Of a DNA stretch of 64,000 nucleotides, positions 29,258 to 38,713 are shown piece by piece (the first letter of the stretch is position 1; every line of letters starts with the position of its first letter). The position numbers and the translations under genes were made by a program. The DNA is from a virus (Duplodnaviria > Caudoviricetes): positions 128,001-192,000 of the IMG/VR virus record IMGVR_UViG_3300021254_000020; one strand, given 5' to 3'. The notes beneath the pieces were generated by a model. The model was not told the DNA's origin. It was given only the letters and a program-made list of their open reading frames with translations, and ran no database searches.

Positions 29258-31627
29258 TTAGTATACTATCATGACCTTATTTACGTCAGCAAACATTTTC
29301 TTACCAGTATCAACAGTAGATCCTATCTTGAATCCACTAACTGGGAATTCTTTCTGACTTCTTCCTTCTCTTACTACCAATTTAGCATCAGGAGTACAAG
29401 TCCAGATTGTATGGATAGTATCTCCTTTAGTTAACTTGATAACAGATATACCAGCTCTTCCTCTATTAACTCTACCAATATGGTCTAATGGTAATCTATT
29501 AACATAACCATTCTTGGTTACTACTACCATATCAGTCATCTTAGGTAAGATGAAATTCATACCACTAATAATAGTGGAAGCAGTAGATACTCTATTACCT
29601 TTGGTAGCTCTTCTCAGATAAGGAACTTCTTTTGGATTCAAACGGATAACTTTGTTGGATGTATACAACATGATATCCATTTTGCTTGGTCCAAATAATA
29701 CAGAGTTAACATGATCTCCTTCATCTACTCTTGCATATATAATGCCAGAGGTTGGGGCATTGATCACATCATCTATATCTATCTTCTTAATATAACCTTG
29801 ATTAGTTACTGTGAAGATGAAGTTCTTACTCTTACCCTTAGAAGTATCTGCTAAGTTCTTAAGAGTAGTTTCTCTAGCAGCCCCAATGATATTAGTAGTA
29901 CAATATTTATTCAATACTCGTACATCAGTACCATCACTGCTAGGTTCAGATAACGGTATTTTATGAACTGGTACTTTGAATGCTTTTCCTAGAGCACTGA
30001 AGAGAACAATATCTTCAGCATTATCTGCTACTAAGACTAGATTCACTTTACCCATCTGAGATGGTGGAACCATATCATTCACATTCATTTTCTTAATATA
30101 GTTATTAGTCATAATAACCATTTTAAACATACCAGGAGCTATACCCTTAATCTGATTCGGAGATACTAAGACACATTTCTTGGAATCATTATACTTAGCC
30201 TTGATATCCAGCATCTCTTTAATAATAACCTCGTCAATCTGCTTGGGATCTAACAGAATCTTCATAATCTGTTTAATCTCTTCATTATAGGCTTTCATCC
30301 TTTCCTGACACTGTTTCAGATATCCAGCAGATAATTCAGGCAAGGTTACTCTACTCATGAAACGTGCTTGTACTGGAGACATATTGAATTTCTTCATGAA
30401 GAATTCTATAATCTCCGATTTATCATGTGACTTAGATTTTCTGATTAGCTTAATTAATTGATCAATCTTACCAGACGTCAATAGCATGATATATAATTCA
30501 GTTTCATGAATCTTGGTCTTAAGAGTCTGTAGTTTGGCATTGAGCTTACGGAAGATACTCATTCTTCTAAAGTCAATAAACCCTAACAGATATTCTCTAT
30601 AGCCCATAGTAGCCAAGTTATTATTCTTGATAACGATCAAGTTAACCTGTCTAGTCTGACGTATATTAGTATTAGTATAGAGGAACTCTCTAACGAAGTT
30701 GGGATCAGTACCCTTCTTGAGCACAATAATCTCTTCAAAGTTGTATAGTCTAGGAATCCTCTTATCTACACCAGATCTAGATATTACGTCGACTATAAAT
30801 GGCATTTTACCATTCTTAGCCAGTTCCTTAATACGTTCATCAATCTTATAATAGAAGGTGAAGTCTGGAAGTGATCTTACAATAAGACACGGTTTCCCAT
30901 CATATTCTCCTATATCTATTATACCTTGAGCTACATAAGTACCATAGCCGGTTTCGTTTATCTTATTCCAATCAGTATCCATGATTTCACATGGCATACA
31001 TTCATCAGGAATGAGAGTAAACTTGGCTTTAGGATTACGCATCAGTTTAATGGTAACATCAATTACATCTCCTAGATTATGACTAGGAATAGTAGTTTTG
31101 ATACCAACACCAATACCCATCTGACCTAGGATTAGTAGTACTGGAATTTTAGCAGGTAAGTATACTGGTTCCATGCACTTATTATCATAGTTACTCATCC
31201 AGTCAGTAGCACGTTTATCCTCTTTGATATCATTGATGAAAACATCCATAGCGAATTGGGATATTTTACATTCATTATATCGAGGCTGTGCAGCATATGG
31301 ATCAACCTTAGTACCCCATGAACCACTACCCTCCATGGTAGGATATTTTGTACTAAAGTCATTTATCATATTTCTTATAGCTGAGTTTACACCAGCATCA
31401 CCATGTGGGTTATACTTACGCATAACCTGACCAACTATGTTAGCAGTCTTGATAAACCCTTGGCCACCAAAGTCATTAGCAGCACACCATAGGATCTTTC
31501 TTATTACTGGTTTGCACCCATCTATAAAATCTGGAATAGCTCTGTCTCTAGCTACATAGATAGCATAAGCTTGGCTATCATCTCTTGCTTGGACAGCAAG
31601 ATTAACATCAACTAGTTTCTCTGCCAT
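29258..31627 (-). CDS. gyrA: type IIA topoisomerase subunit A (GyrA/ParC-like) with C-terminal pinwheel domain
   Basis: RAIPDFIDGCKPVIRKIL, YNPHGD, AAQPRY catalytic Tyr, TIPSHNL, repeated VT.xGY.KR blades. Confidence 0.92.
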   Translation of the reverse strand: MAEKLVDVNLAVQARDDSQAYAIYVARDRAIPDFIDGCKPVIRKILWCAANDFGGQGFIKTANIVGQVMRKYNPHGDAGVNSAIRNMINDFSTKYPTMEGSGSWGTKVDPYAAQPRYNECKISQFAMDVFINDIKEDKRATDWMSNYDNKCMEPVYLPAKIPVLLILGQMGIGVGIKTTIPSHNLGDVIDVTIKLMRNPKAKFTLIPDECMPCEIMDTDWNKINETGYGTYVAQGIIDIGEYDGKPCLIVRSLPDFTFYYKIDERIKELAKNGKMPFIVDVISRSGVDKRIPRLYNFEEIIVLKKGTDPNFVREFLYTNTNIRQTRQVNLIVIKNNNLATMGYREYLLGFIDFRRMSIFRKLNAKLQTLKTKIHETELYIMLLTSGKIDQLIKLIRKSKSHDKSEIIEFFMKKFNMSPVQARFMSRVTLPELSAGYLKQCQERMKAYNEEIKQIMKILLDPKQIDEVIIKEMLDIKAKYNDSKKCVLVSPNQIKGIAPGMFKMVIMTNNYIKKMNVNDMVPPSQMGKVNLVLVADNAEDIVLFSALGKAFKVPVHKIPLSEPSSDGTDVRVLNKYCTTNIIGAARETTLKNLADTSKGKSKNFIFTVTNQGYIKKIDIDDVINAPTSGIIYARVDEGDHVNSVLFGPSKMDIMLYTSNKVIRLNPKEVPYLRRATKGNRVSTASTIISGMNFILPKMTDMVVVTKNGYVNRLPLDHIGRVNRGRAGISVIKLTKGDTIHTIWTCTPDAKLVVREGRSQKEFPVSGFKIGSTVDTGKKMFADVNKVMIVY

Positions 31628-31968
31628 TATTCTCCTCCAACGATTTCTTCTACCTGTACTTTATATTGCTGAAAGAGTTCTTCGTCTTTAGCTGCTTTAT
31701 TTAGTCTGCCTAAGAGATATGCTTTTGCTTTTTTAATAAATTCTTCATCCATACGAAAGATGGAAAATTCTAAATAAACGTCTCCAGCAATATCCTTAAC
31801 AATGTGCTCAACACGTTTATCTTCCATCTCTGGTTTAATTCTAGTATATACTTTGTTTCCAAGAATCTCCAAAGAGATCGTATGCTCCATAGAAGAATCC
31901 TCTTTGTTCATAACCAGCTTAGCTACAGGTGTAATCATAATATTTAATCCTCCCAAAATGAATAACAA
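31627..31968 (-). CDS. hypothetical protein
   Basis: GGAGG RBS before internal Met; coupled to gyrA. Confidence 0.65.
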   Translation of the reverse strand: MLFILGGLNIMITPVAKLVMNKEDSSMEHTISLEILGNKVYTRIKPEMEDKRVEHIVKDIAGDVYLEFSIFRMDEEFIKKAKAYLLGRLNKAAKDEELFQQYKVQVEEIVGGE

Positions 31969-32345
31969 GATATTTGTGCATCTTTATCTTTAAAGATCCC
32001 ATTCTGAAATTTCGGATATAGGGTCTCATAGAGATGTGATTGTACTATCTCTATCTCTTCTATATTATTTAAATTCAACCCTCTAATTTGAATTAGATCA
32101 TTAGCCTCTTCTATTGTTCCTAATAACACTTTGCTTGTAGTCTTTGGTTCAATGTAGAGACGCTTAGTATCTTGGTCTATCATGATATGATAAGTGTCTC
32201 TTAGCAAGTGAGCCTTTGGATACTTCTTCATACTAATACGCATTAACGCTAAATCTTCTTTAGGTGGTGGTGAAGTCTCAATCTTTTCTTTCTTCTTCCC
32301 AAACAACCAGTCGAAGATCTTTCTTAGAAAATTCATAAATATCAC
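31944..32345 (-). CDS. hypothetical protein
   Basis: early promoter 32356-65 directly upstream. Confidence 0.65.
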   Translation of the reverse strand: MIFMNFLRKIFDWLFGKKKEKIETSPPPKEDLALMRISMKKYPKAHLLRDTYHIMIDQDTKRLYIEPKTTSKVLLGTIEEANDLIQIRGLNLNNIEEIEIVQSHLYETLYPKFQNGIFKDKDAQISCYSFWED

Positions 32346-32398
32346 TCTCCACCTATATAGTATATAACTTAACGTTTACTTACTAGTATGAGTAGTTT

Positions 32399-33823
32399 TT
32401 AAAGATTAGGTAGCTTGGTCCCTAAATCAATATCTGGCCCTAGATGGTTATCATTTGGGCGGAGCCGAGCATATTTAAACATCTTGATGTTTCCTAGAGC
32501 ATTATGCATAAACTCCTTATCAATGTATACCACGAAATGAATCTCTGTAGAGGTCAAAGGTTCAGTAAAGGTTAACTTCATATTCTCCCAATCAATAGCT
32601 ACTTGGATATAATCTACCCAGTTAAATGCCATTATATTAATGAATCTAGATGGAGATATGGCATTGGCTTTAGTGGCATCTATAACTTCTCTTAATTCGT
32701 TGATGAATATTGGATCTATATCTATAGTTACTGGCTGTTTATTATTGAATGCTTCCATCTCTTCTTTAGTAGATAATTCATACTTAGACCTAAATTCCCA
32801 AGGCCATCCATGCTCATCTACTGCAGGAATATTGGCTAAAGTAGTGATACCGAACAAGAACGATTTAGTATCCAATACAGTATAGGATTCCAAATGCTCC
32901 CTCTGTATTAGAGAGTAGTATGCAAAGAACTTGAGATATGGGAAGAACACCTCACAAGTGAAATTTACTCCAAAATCATTATATATCATATTTCTCTGCT
33001 GACCTTGTTGTTTCTGTATTCTAGAGGTTCTGATATGAATCCTACACCTAGGGATTCTCAAGAAGAATTCCATATTACCAGTAGCTTCATTGAACTTATA
33101 CATCAATGCTAGTTTACTTCTCATATTGAAGTAATGTAGCATATCATTAACCTCATACATACCGTCTTCATTACATAGACCTGCATCACAAGCTACTTGG
33201 CCGATAAGCTCATGAGGTATAGGATAATCTATATCTATATAGTTCTTTTGACTACCTCCTCCTCTAAATGCCATATCACATAGAGCAAATACGTCATCTT
33301 GAACTGATTTGGTAGATACATGGATATTGAATCCGAACTCCATTCTAACTTCTCCAAAGGCTAGAGATATATAAGTATTATGTTCTCGATCAATAAAAAA
33401 AGCATCTCTATAATTACATCTATTATTGTATAAGGTTAGACCTAGATTATATAGGTCTATATTGCTACGATTGTATTCAGTGTCCTCATCTACTGTAATA
33501 TGAGCAGATGGTTTATTCGTCTTAATCAGTTCTCTCATAGTATATCTCTGAGTCTGATCATGAATGTGAGATAAATCTAAGTATTTATGCTTAAAGAAGT
33601 TCTTTGGGAATCTCTTATAGAACCAGTTATTCATGTATTGTATAGCAAGACTATATGACTGATATAGCTGGGCTACTATGAGATTGGTTTTGAGCTTATG
33701 GTTCTGCGTTTTCTTTACTTCTATCGGTAGTCCCTTGGTTACTCCAAATCTCTCGAGAACTTCTCGATTAGATAATACCTTTACGTATCTTCCTGGCTGA
33801 TGATTTTCCATTTGCATCTTCAC
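32399..33823 (-). CDS. hypothetical protein, probable virion structural
   Basis: 474 aa in late-promoter operon. Confidence 0.6.
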   Translation of the reverse strand: MKMQMENHQPGRYVKVLSNREVLERFGVTKGLPIEVKKTQNHKLKTNLIVAQLYQSYSLAIQYMNNWFYKRFPKNFFKHKYLDLSHIHDQTQRYTMRELIKTNKPSAHITVDEDTEYNRSNIDLYNLGLTLYNNRCNYRDAFFIDREHNTYISLAFGEVRMEFGFNIHVSTKSVQDDVFALCDMAFRGGGSQKNYIDIDYPIPHELIGQVACDAGLCNEDGMYEVNDMLHYFNMRSKLALMYKFNEATGNMEFFLRIPRCRIHIRTSRIQKQQGQQRNMIYNDFGVNFTCEVFFPYLKFFAYYSLIQREHLESYTVLDTKSFLFGITTLANIPAVDEHGWPWEFRSKYELSTKEEMEAFNNKQPVTIDIDPIFINELREVIDATKANAISPSRFINIMAFNWVDYIQVAIDWENMKLTFTEPLTSTEIHFVVYIDKEFMHNALGNIKMFKYARLRPNDNHLGPDIDLGTKLPNL

Positions 33824-34019
33824 ACCTTTCTATACAAGACCGAAGATCTTTATTCTGTTTTTCTAGCTTATCTATTCTATCTTTCATCTCTTTTGTAACT
33901 AATATAAAATGTTCATACTCAGTTTTCAGATGGTTATAACTACCAATCAACCCATTAACTCTCTTATTTAGAAGATCTATAGTTTGAGCATAGTTAACAA
34001 GACTAGGATCATTTACCAT
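33768..34019 (-). CDS. coiled-coil protein
   Basis: start ATG 34019 with GGAGG RBS; late promoter 34040-51. Confidence 0.65.
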   Translation of the reverse strand: MVNDPSLVNYAQTIDLLNKRVNGLIGSYNHLKTEYEHFILVTKEMKDRIDKLEKQNKDLRSCIERCEDANGKSSARKIRKGII

Positions 34020-34103
34020 ATTAATATCCTCCTTTATCTTACAAGAATGTGGTAGAAAGCAAAAAAGAATACCCATCCAATACAGGATGGGTATTTCATT
34101 ATT

Positions 34104-34436
34104 TTAACGCTTCATCTCTTCGGCAATATCGATTGTCTTTTCCATACCATCAGCCTTTGCTAAACTGTAGATACGGTTTCCCTTTACGTTGTAGTACCAA
34201 TTCTTATACTGAGGGATATACTCAAAAGTATAGAAATCTACAGCTACAGAAGAGCCATTAATAAGTGTATGGATTTCTGCAGTAAACCATTCATCTCCTC
34301 TCCACTTAATAGTGGAATCATCTACTGCCCATTCCATGGATTCAGTAGATTTTACTTCTCTCAGTGCTGCTTCACTACTACTTACCATAGAGATGAATGC
34401 AACCAACATAGCTACGACTAACACTACTTTTTTCAT
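34104..34436 (-). CDS. small exported protein, paralog of 34754-35125
   Basis: signal peptide ending SEA; W.VDDSTI vs WLDDQNI. Confidence 0.7.
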   Translation of the reverse strand: MKKVVLVVAMLVAFISMVSSSEAALREVKSTESMEWAVDDSTIKWRGDEWFTAEIHTLINGSSVAVDFYTFEYIPQYKNWYYNVKGNRIYSLAKADGMEKTIDIAEEMKR

Positions 34437-34750
34437 TTTTCTTCTTTCTCCTTTTCAGCTTTTCTTTTCTCTTCTATTAATTCTTCTAAGATAGAAAATA
34501 CCTTATCTAGCTCACAGATTGCAATTATCATATGATCTGAGATATGAGCTTGCCTAATAACTGTTTCAATGCTATCATCCTTAATGAGATCTTTTTCAGA
34601 AACATCGAAACTACTAGTGAGGATATTGATATTTTTACTAATAGATCCAAAAGCATCTTTGATTAATTCTAAAAGATGCTCTCTTGATTTAGCATCTCCT
34701 AATTTCTTCTTATTGATGTATTCCTCTAAGTTAAGAATCTTGTTATCCAT
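34433..34750 (-). CDS. hypothetical protein
   Basis: translationally coupled ORF. Confidence 0.65.
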   Translation of the reverse strand: MDNKILNLEEYINKKKLGDAKSREHLLELIKDAFGSISKNINILTSSFDVSEKDLIKDDSIETVIRQAHISDHMIIAICELDKVFSILEELIEEKRKAEKEKEEK

Positions 34751-34753
34751 TTT

Positions 34754-35125
34754 TTACTCCTTTAAATAACCGTATTTTATTAACCAATCGACGGCATAGG
34801 ATTGCCACCAATCAAGATAATCATAGATGGGTTTTGGTGTATCTTGTCTATTCATAGATACAAACCAATCATCATGTGCCTTATAGAAGATAACAGGGTC
34901 AGGATAGGTAACATATTCATTTGCCTTCATATCCTCCATTATTATCTTTACAGCAGCCCAATTCTTCTCATTATTAGTAACTATATTTTGATCATCTAAC
35001 CAAAAGGCATAGTTTGTATCAGAATATAGATACCAGTGAGTTGCTTCTGCTCTAGGGATGAATAAACCGAGGGTAACTAGGAAAACCAAAAGTATCTTTT
35101 TCATTTTTCTTATACCTCCATTCAC
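34754..35125 (-). CDS. small exported protein
   Basis: signal peptide ending AEA; early promoter 35129-38. Confidence 0.7.
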   Translation of the reverse strand: MNGGIRKMKKILLVFLVTLGLFIPRAEATHWYLYSDTNYAFWLDDQNIVTNNEKNWAAVKIIMEDMKANEYVTYPDPVIFYKAHDDWFVSMNRQDTPKPIYDYLDWWQSYAVDWLIKYGYLKE

Positions 35126-35158
35126 CTATATAATATATAGTCGAGAGGTTTATAGATA

Positions 35159-35704
35159 CTAATCGCATCGAGCTTCTATAAATAATTTAATATCCTTCTT
35201 TAATGTATTGGTTATTCTACCTACTGAAGATATCCAATCTGTATTGAACCATACTGTAGACTCACAGTCAATAGCATTAAGAGATAATGATACGTCCCAT
35301 GTTAGTTTATCATCAAAATTAAAACTGTGACCTAATGCAGCTGCATGTCTACTAAAGTGGATACCATCATATCCATTATTCGCCATAGCCTGATAATTGA
35401 TCTGTGGTTTAAGGAATGCATTTTCGGCTTCTGGTAATTTGATTAACTCATCTGACAGATAATCATCGATATCTTTAATATCATATACATTGGCGCTTGG
35501 CTTAGGAATTATCAAATATAGCTCGTCCTGTATCCAATCAGGCATGTTATAGTAACACCATTCTATCCATCCTATATCTGACGGATTGTCTTTGAATGTA
35601 CTAGTCCATAAGGCATGTTGAGGTTTATTAACTCCATTAGGTAATAGATTAAACCAACACTTATCAATAGAGAACCCATTGATCATTACACATTGTTTAT
35701 ACAT
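35159..35704 (-). CDS. hypothetical protein, possible ADP-ribosyltransferase fold
   Basis: KP..ALWTST, GYDGI, DCES. Confidence 0.45.
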   Translation of the reverse strand: MYKQCVMINGFSIDKCWFNLLPNGVNKPQHALWTSTFKDNPSDIGWIEWCYYNMPDWIQDELYLIIPKPSANVYDIKDIDDYLSDELIKLPEAENAFLKPQINYQAMANNGYDGIHFSRHAAALGHSFNFDDKLTWDVSLSLNAIDCESTVWFNTDWISSVGRITNTLKKDIKLFIEARCD

Positions 35705-35859
35705 ATTAATTCCTCCTTCACTAATATAGTATATATTACAAAAAAATATTAGTCGATAGCCAGGGAAGGATTATTAATAACCCTCCCCGTACTATCTTAA
35801 AGAGAGATGATGATATTGATTCAACCTCACCATCTCTCTGTTGCTACCAGCTTTGTAAC

Positions 35860-35970
35860 TTAGTGTTTGGTATCGGATACGTACCCGATTAACAACCATC
35901 CTAAATAGAATGCTCCTAATACCCCAAAGCCAACCATGATTTCTTCAAATGAACCACCACTAGTATACAT
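35860..35970 (-). CDS. 36-aa single-TM peptide (not in ORF track)
   Basis: GAGGAGG RBS; MYTSGGSFEEIMVGFGVLGAFYLGWLLIGYVSDTKH*. Confidence 0.6.
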   Translation of the reverse strand: MYTSGGSFEEIMVGFGVLGAFYLGWLLIGYVSDTKH

Positions 35971-36061
35971 AAGTCATTCCTCCTCTATAAGCATAAGTAA
36001 CAGATTAAAGAATATTTCTATCAGTCTGCAGATGAAATCAATCATGTTGAACACCCCCAGA

Positions 36062-36421
36062 TCAGAAATGAATATGGATATGAATTTCCTGCTTGTTTTC
36101 TTCGATAGGAACATCGATATCGTATTTTTTGAAGAATCTGCAGATTTCCTTTGCACTGTCCTCACTGAGACGGTATGGGATCATTCTTGCAATGTTCTTT
36201 CCTTCGATCTCCATCATCGTTTTGTTGATCATTACCTTAGAATATAGATTGTAGTTGCGATATAATATCACACTCCTGTCGTTGTATACTTTCTCATACT
36301 TCTTTTTGAGAAGTGAGAATGCTACCTCGAATTTCTTAGCCAGGTCTTCCTTTTTCTGAGTTTCCATTGCCATCTTACCAGCCACTTCCATAATGGAACC
36401 AAAGATATCTAATGCTGCCAT
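36062..36421 (-). CDS. hypothetical protein
   Basis: GGAAGG RBS. Confidence 0.65.
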   Translation of the reverse strand: MAALDIFGSIMEVAGKMAMETQKKEDLAKKFEVAFSLLKKKYEKVYNDRSVILYRNYNLYSKVMINKTMMEIEGKNIARMIPYRLSEDSAKEICRFFKKYDIDVPIEENKQEIHIHIHF

Positions 36422-36476
36422 GATAATCCTTCCTTTCTAAATGGGGCTAGCAATTATACTAGCCCCTACACACATA

Positions 36477-36797
36477 TTAACGAGCTGCAGTTTTCTTCAT
36501 AGCTTCAACACATCCATCTACGGATGCTTTTACTACTGGAGTTACGAATGCTTCTAAGAACAGGCTGGCCATTGGGTTTTCTTTTTCCCATTTGGCTAAT
36601 TCAGCTTTTCTCTTAGCTTCTGCGATTTTGGCCTTTCTTTTAGCTATTCTTTCTGCCTTTAATCTTGCTTCTCTTTCAGCTTCTTCTGCCTTTTTAGCTT
36701 TAGCAGAAAGATATTTGATAAGAGCAACGAATGGGAGAAAGATAGCTGCCAGTGCTGCCAGCATAACGATGATTTTGATAACGAGAGTGGTGAACAT
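36477..36797 (-). CDS. TM plus coiled-coil protein
   Basis: N-terminal hydrophobic helix, Ala/Lys/Glu-rich helix. Confidence 0.7.
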   Translation of the reverse strand: MFTTLVIKIIVMLAALAAIFLPFVALIKYLSAKAKKAEEAEREARLKAERIAKRKAKIAEAKRKAELAKWEKENPMASLFLEAFVTPVVKASVDGCVEAMKKTAAR

Positions 36798-36803
36798 GGT
36801 TAA

Positions 36804-36904
36804 TACCCCTTTCTTTAGGTAATATAATAGAGGATCATAGCTATTTTACATATGTATCTATATACATATAACCTCTTATTCACCTCGATAATATACAATT
36901 GAAA
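36804..36904 (-). repeat. 101-bp promoter-leader-RBS cassette, copy 1
   Basis: 99/101 identical to 59807-59907. Confidence 0.95.
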
Positions 36905-37035
36905 TTATGTATTTTTACGAAACACAGTCATTTACCATTCAGACAAAAAACGGTTAGAGGGGCATACAAGCCCCTCTTATCAAATATCACCATAATAATA
37001 TATTAATATTATTTTGAAAAATTGCAAAATATTAA

Positions 37036-37641
37036 GGAGTAGGTCATAATGACCTACTCCCTATGAGTATGATTTTATGGGTAAACCTTGTGTATATATA
37101 AAAGAGTTATGGATTGCGTTAGCTACCTTATACCGGTTATCCTCTGCTTCAAACTAGAATAGCAGTAACCCTCTTCGAGTAGCACGGAATTGTAATAAGG
37201 ATTTGGTTTATCAATTTGGCGGGTTATCAGATTGGGCTCGTTAAAAATACTACCAGGTATAAAAATAGTTTTATCAGGTTATCAGTTTAGGTACGTATAT
37301 CAATTTAACGAGTTATCAGTTTAGCCCATTTAAGCATCTTTGTATTTATGTGCTTAATTTGATTGAGGAAATCAATGTGACTCATTGTCCCCATATGAAC
37401 GCTCAGAGGGATTCGAACCCTCGTGATCTTTGCGATCGGAAGATTTTCGGTCTTCTGTGTTTAACCACTCCACCACAAGCGTTAACCATTCTGGTTATGT
37501 ATGAACAGCTTAAAAAGCTGGTGCAATCCTATTAGTCTTTTCTATTACCAAGAGGTAAGAGCATGTGGCCATAAGACATCTCGATTGCATTAGGAAAAGG
37601 CCCTAATTTGATTGAGGTTAATTCAGCCTCGTAATCCATAA
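37036..37641 (-). ncRNA. candidate long structured RNA with AAAYUGAUAA repeats and embedded tRNA
   Basis: no credible ORF; about 6 motif copies 37207-37324; 9-bp inverted repeat 37237-45/37304-12; terminator 37036-60. Confidence 0.55.
37398..37482 (-). tRNA. atypical class II (long variable arm) tRNA, anticodon GAA
   Basis: acceptor ACGCTTG/TGAGCGT, D arm GTG-GAGTGGTTAAA-CAC, anticodon arm GAAGA-CCGAAAA-TCTTC, variable arm GATC-GCAAA-GATC, T arm GAGGG-TTCGAAT-CCCTC; no encoded CCA. Confidence 0.85.
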
Positions 37642-37646
37642 TTACT

Positions 37647-37925
37647 CTAATATATCATTATAGCGTTTCTCAGATACGTATTGGATTTCATCTCTTCGTC
37701 TAGTCTCATTCGCATTGCCTCGATAGCATCATATGCAGTATGTGCACTTATCCATGTGTTTAACATGCTCTGCAATGACTCTGAGAGAATACGTTCCAAT
37801 TCACCAGCAAGTATAGAATCTTTCAGTTTAGGAACGATTTCAACATATAGAGTATGATTTGCTTCATTTATATCTACATAGATATAGTGAAACTCTTCTC
37901 TGTATCTGAATCTGATGCTATTCAT
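37647..37925 (-). CDS. hypothetical protein
   Basis: 92 aa, directly after 243-aa gene. Confidence 0.65.
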   Translation of the reverse strand: MNSIRFRYREEFHYIYVDINEANHTLYVEIVPKLKDSILAGELERILSESLQSMLNTWISAHTAYDAIEAMRMRLDEEMKSNTYLRNAIMIY

Positions 37926-37927
37926 GA

Positions 37928-38659
37928 TTAATAATCAATCTCTACTTTAGTAGAAGCATTAGCTTCACTAATAATAGAGTCGATCCGAACAATGTAATCG
38001 TTGATTGCATTGTAGTATTTCTGAATAGCGTTGTTGTTGACAAAATCATGAGGATCGATACGAATGATCTCTACAAGAGCTTCTTCTTTAGCACGTTCCT
38101 CATTATATTTATCTTGGCTCCAAGACTGTTTGCTGTCAGAGGGGAACTTACGTTCCATCTGATCTGCAACTTCTCTCTTAGCCCGATTCTCGTATTCAGC
38201 TCTCTCTTTCAAATCAGCAGTAAGAGTATTGAGAAGAGCATTAGCGAGACTCTTGAGCGGGTAATCCGTGTTATCGTAGCCAGTTTTGTTGGCGCGACCT
38301 TTATAGTTGTTCTTACGATTAATAGCCTCAGCGATAGTGATTTCTTCTTCTCCTACCTCTTTACCATTAATCAGATCACGGAAGTTAGGTTCACAAGGAA
38401 CTGTAACCAATGTGTTGTGATTGGCATGAGTATGTGCCTTCTTGAGAGCACTCAGTCGAGCCATCAGATCAGTGAATTGCTGGAACTGTTCTTTCTGATG
38501 ATTGGTCTGTTCTTCTAGAGAACGAGGACCAACATACTGGCTGTTTTTCAGGCACCAGGTTACAAATCGAAAATCATTTGATTTAATCAGATTAATGATT
38601 TGTACCTTTACTGATTTTTCCTCTGCCAGAACCTGAGTAAGTGTTAGTTCTTCGTGCAT
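37928..38659 (-). CDS. coiled-coil protein resembling DIP1984/septicolysin-like family
   Basis: TLTQVLAE.K, AN..T.V, TIAEAINRK, IDP, ID..ISEANASTKVEIDY. Confidence 0.6.
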   Translation of the reverse strand: MHEELTLTQVLAEEKSVKVQIINLIKSNDFRFVTWCLKNSQYVGPRSLEEQTNHQKEQFQQFTDLMARLSALKKAHTHANHNTLVTVPCEPNFRDLINGKEVGEEEITIAEAINRKNNYKGRANKTGYDNTDYPLKSLANALLNTLTADLKERAEYENRAKREVADQMERKFPSDSKQSWSQDKYNEERAKEEALVEIIRIDPHDFVNNNAIQKYYNAINDYIVRIDSIISEANASTKVEIDY

Positions 38660-38713
38660 GATTCTACCTCCATTACTTATCAGTTTAGTGTATATTAAAA
38701 TCTAATTTAGCCG

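Noticed and set aside
37207-37324. CRISPR array or DnaA boxes
   Set aside because: Repeats are 10-13 nt, irregularly spaced, have no spacers and do not match TTATCCACA.
37330-37397. HDV-like/theta ribozyme after the tRNA
   Set aside because: GAT-TTCCTCA-ATC resembles P3/L3, but no P1/P2 partners were found.
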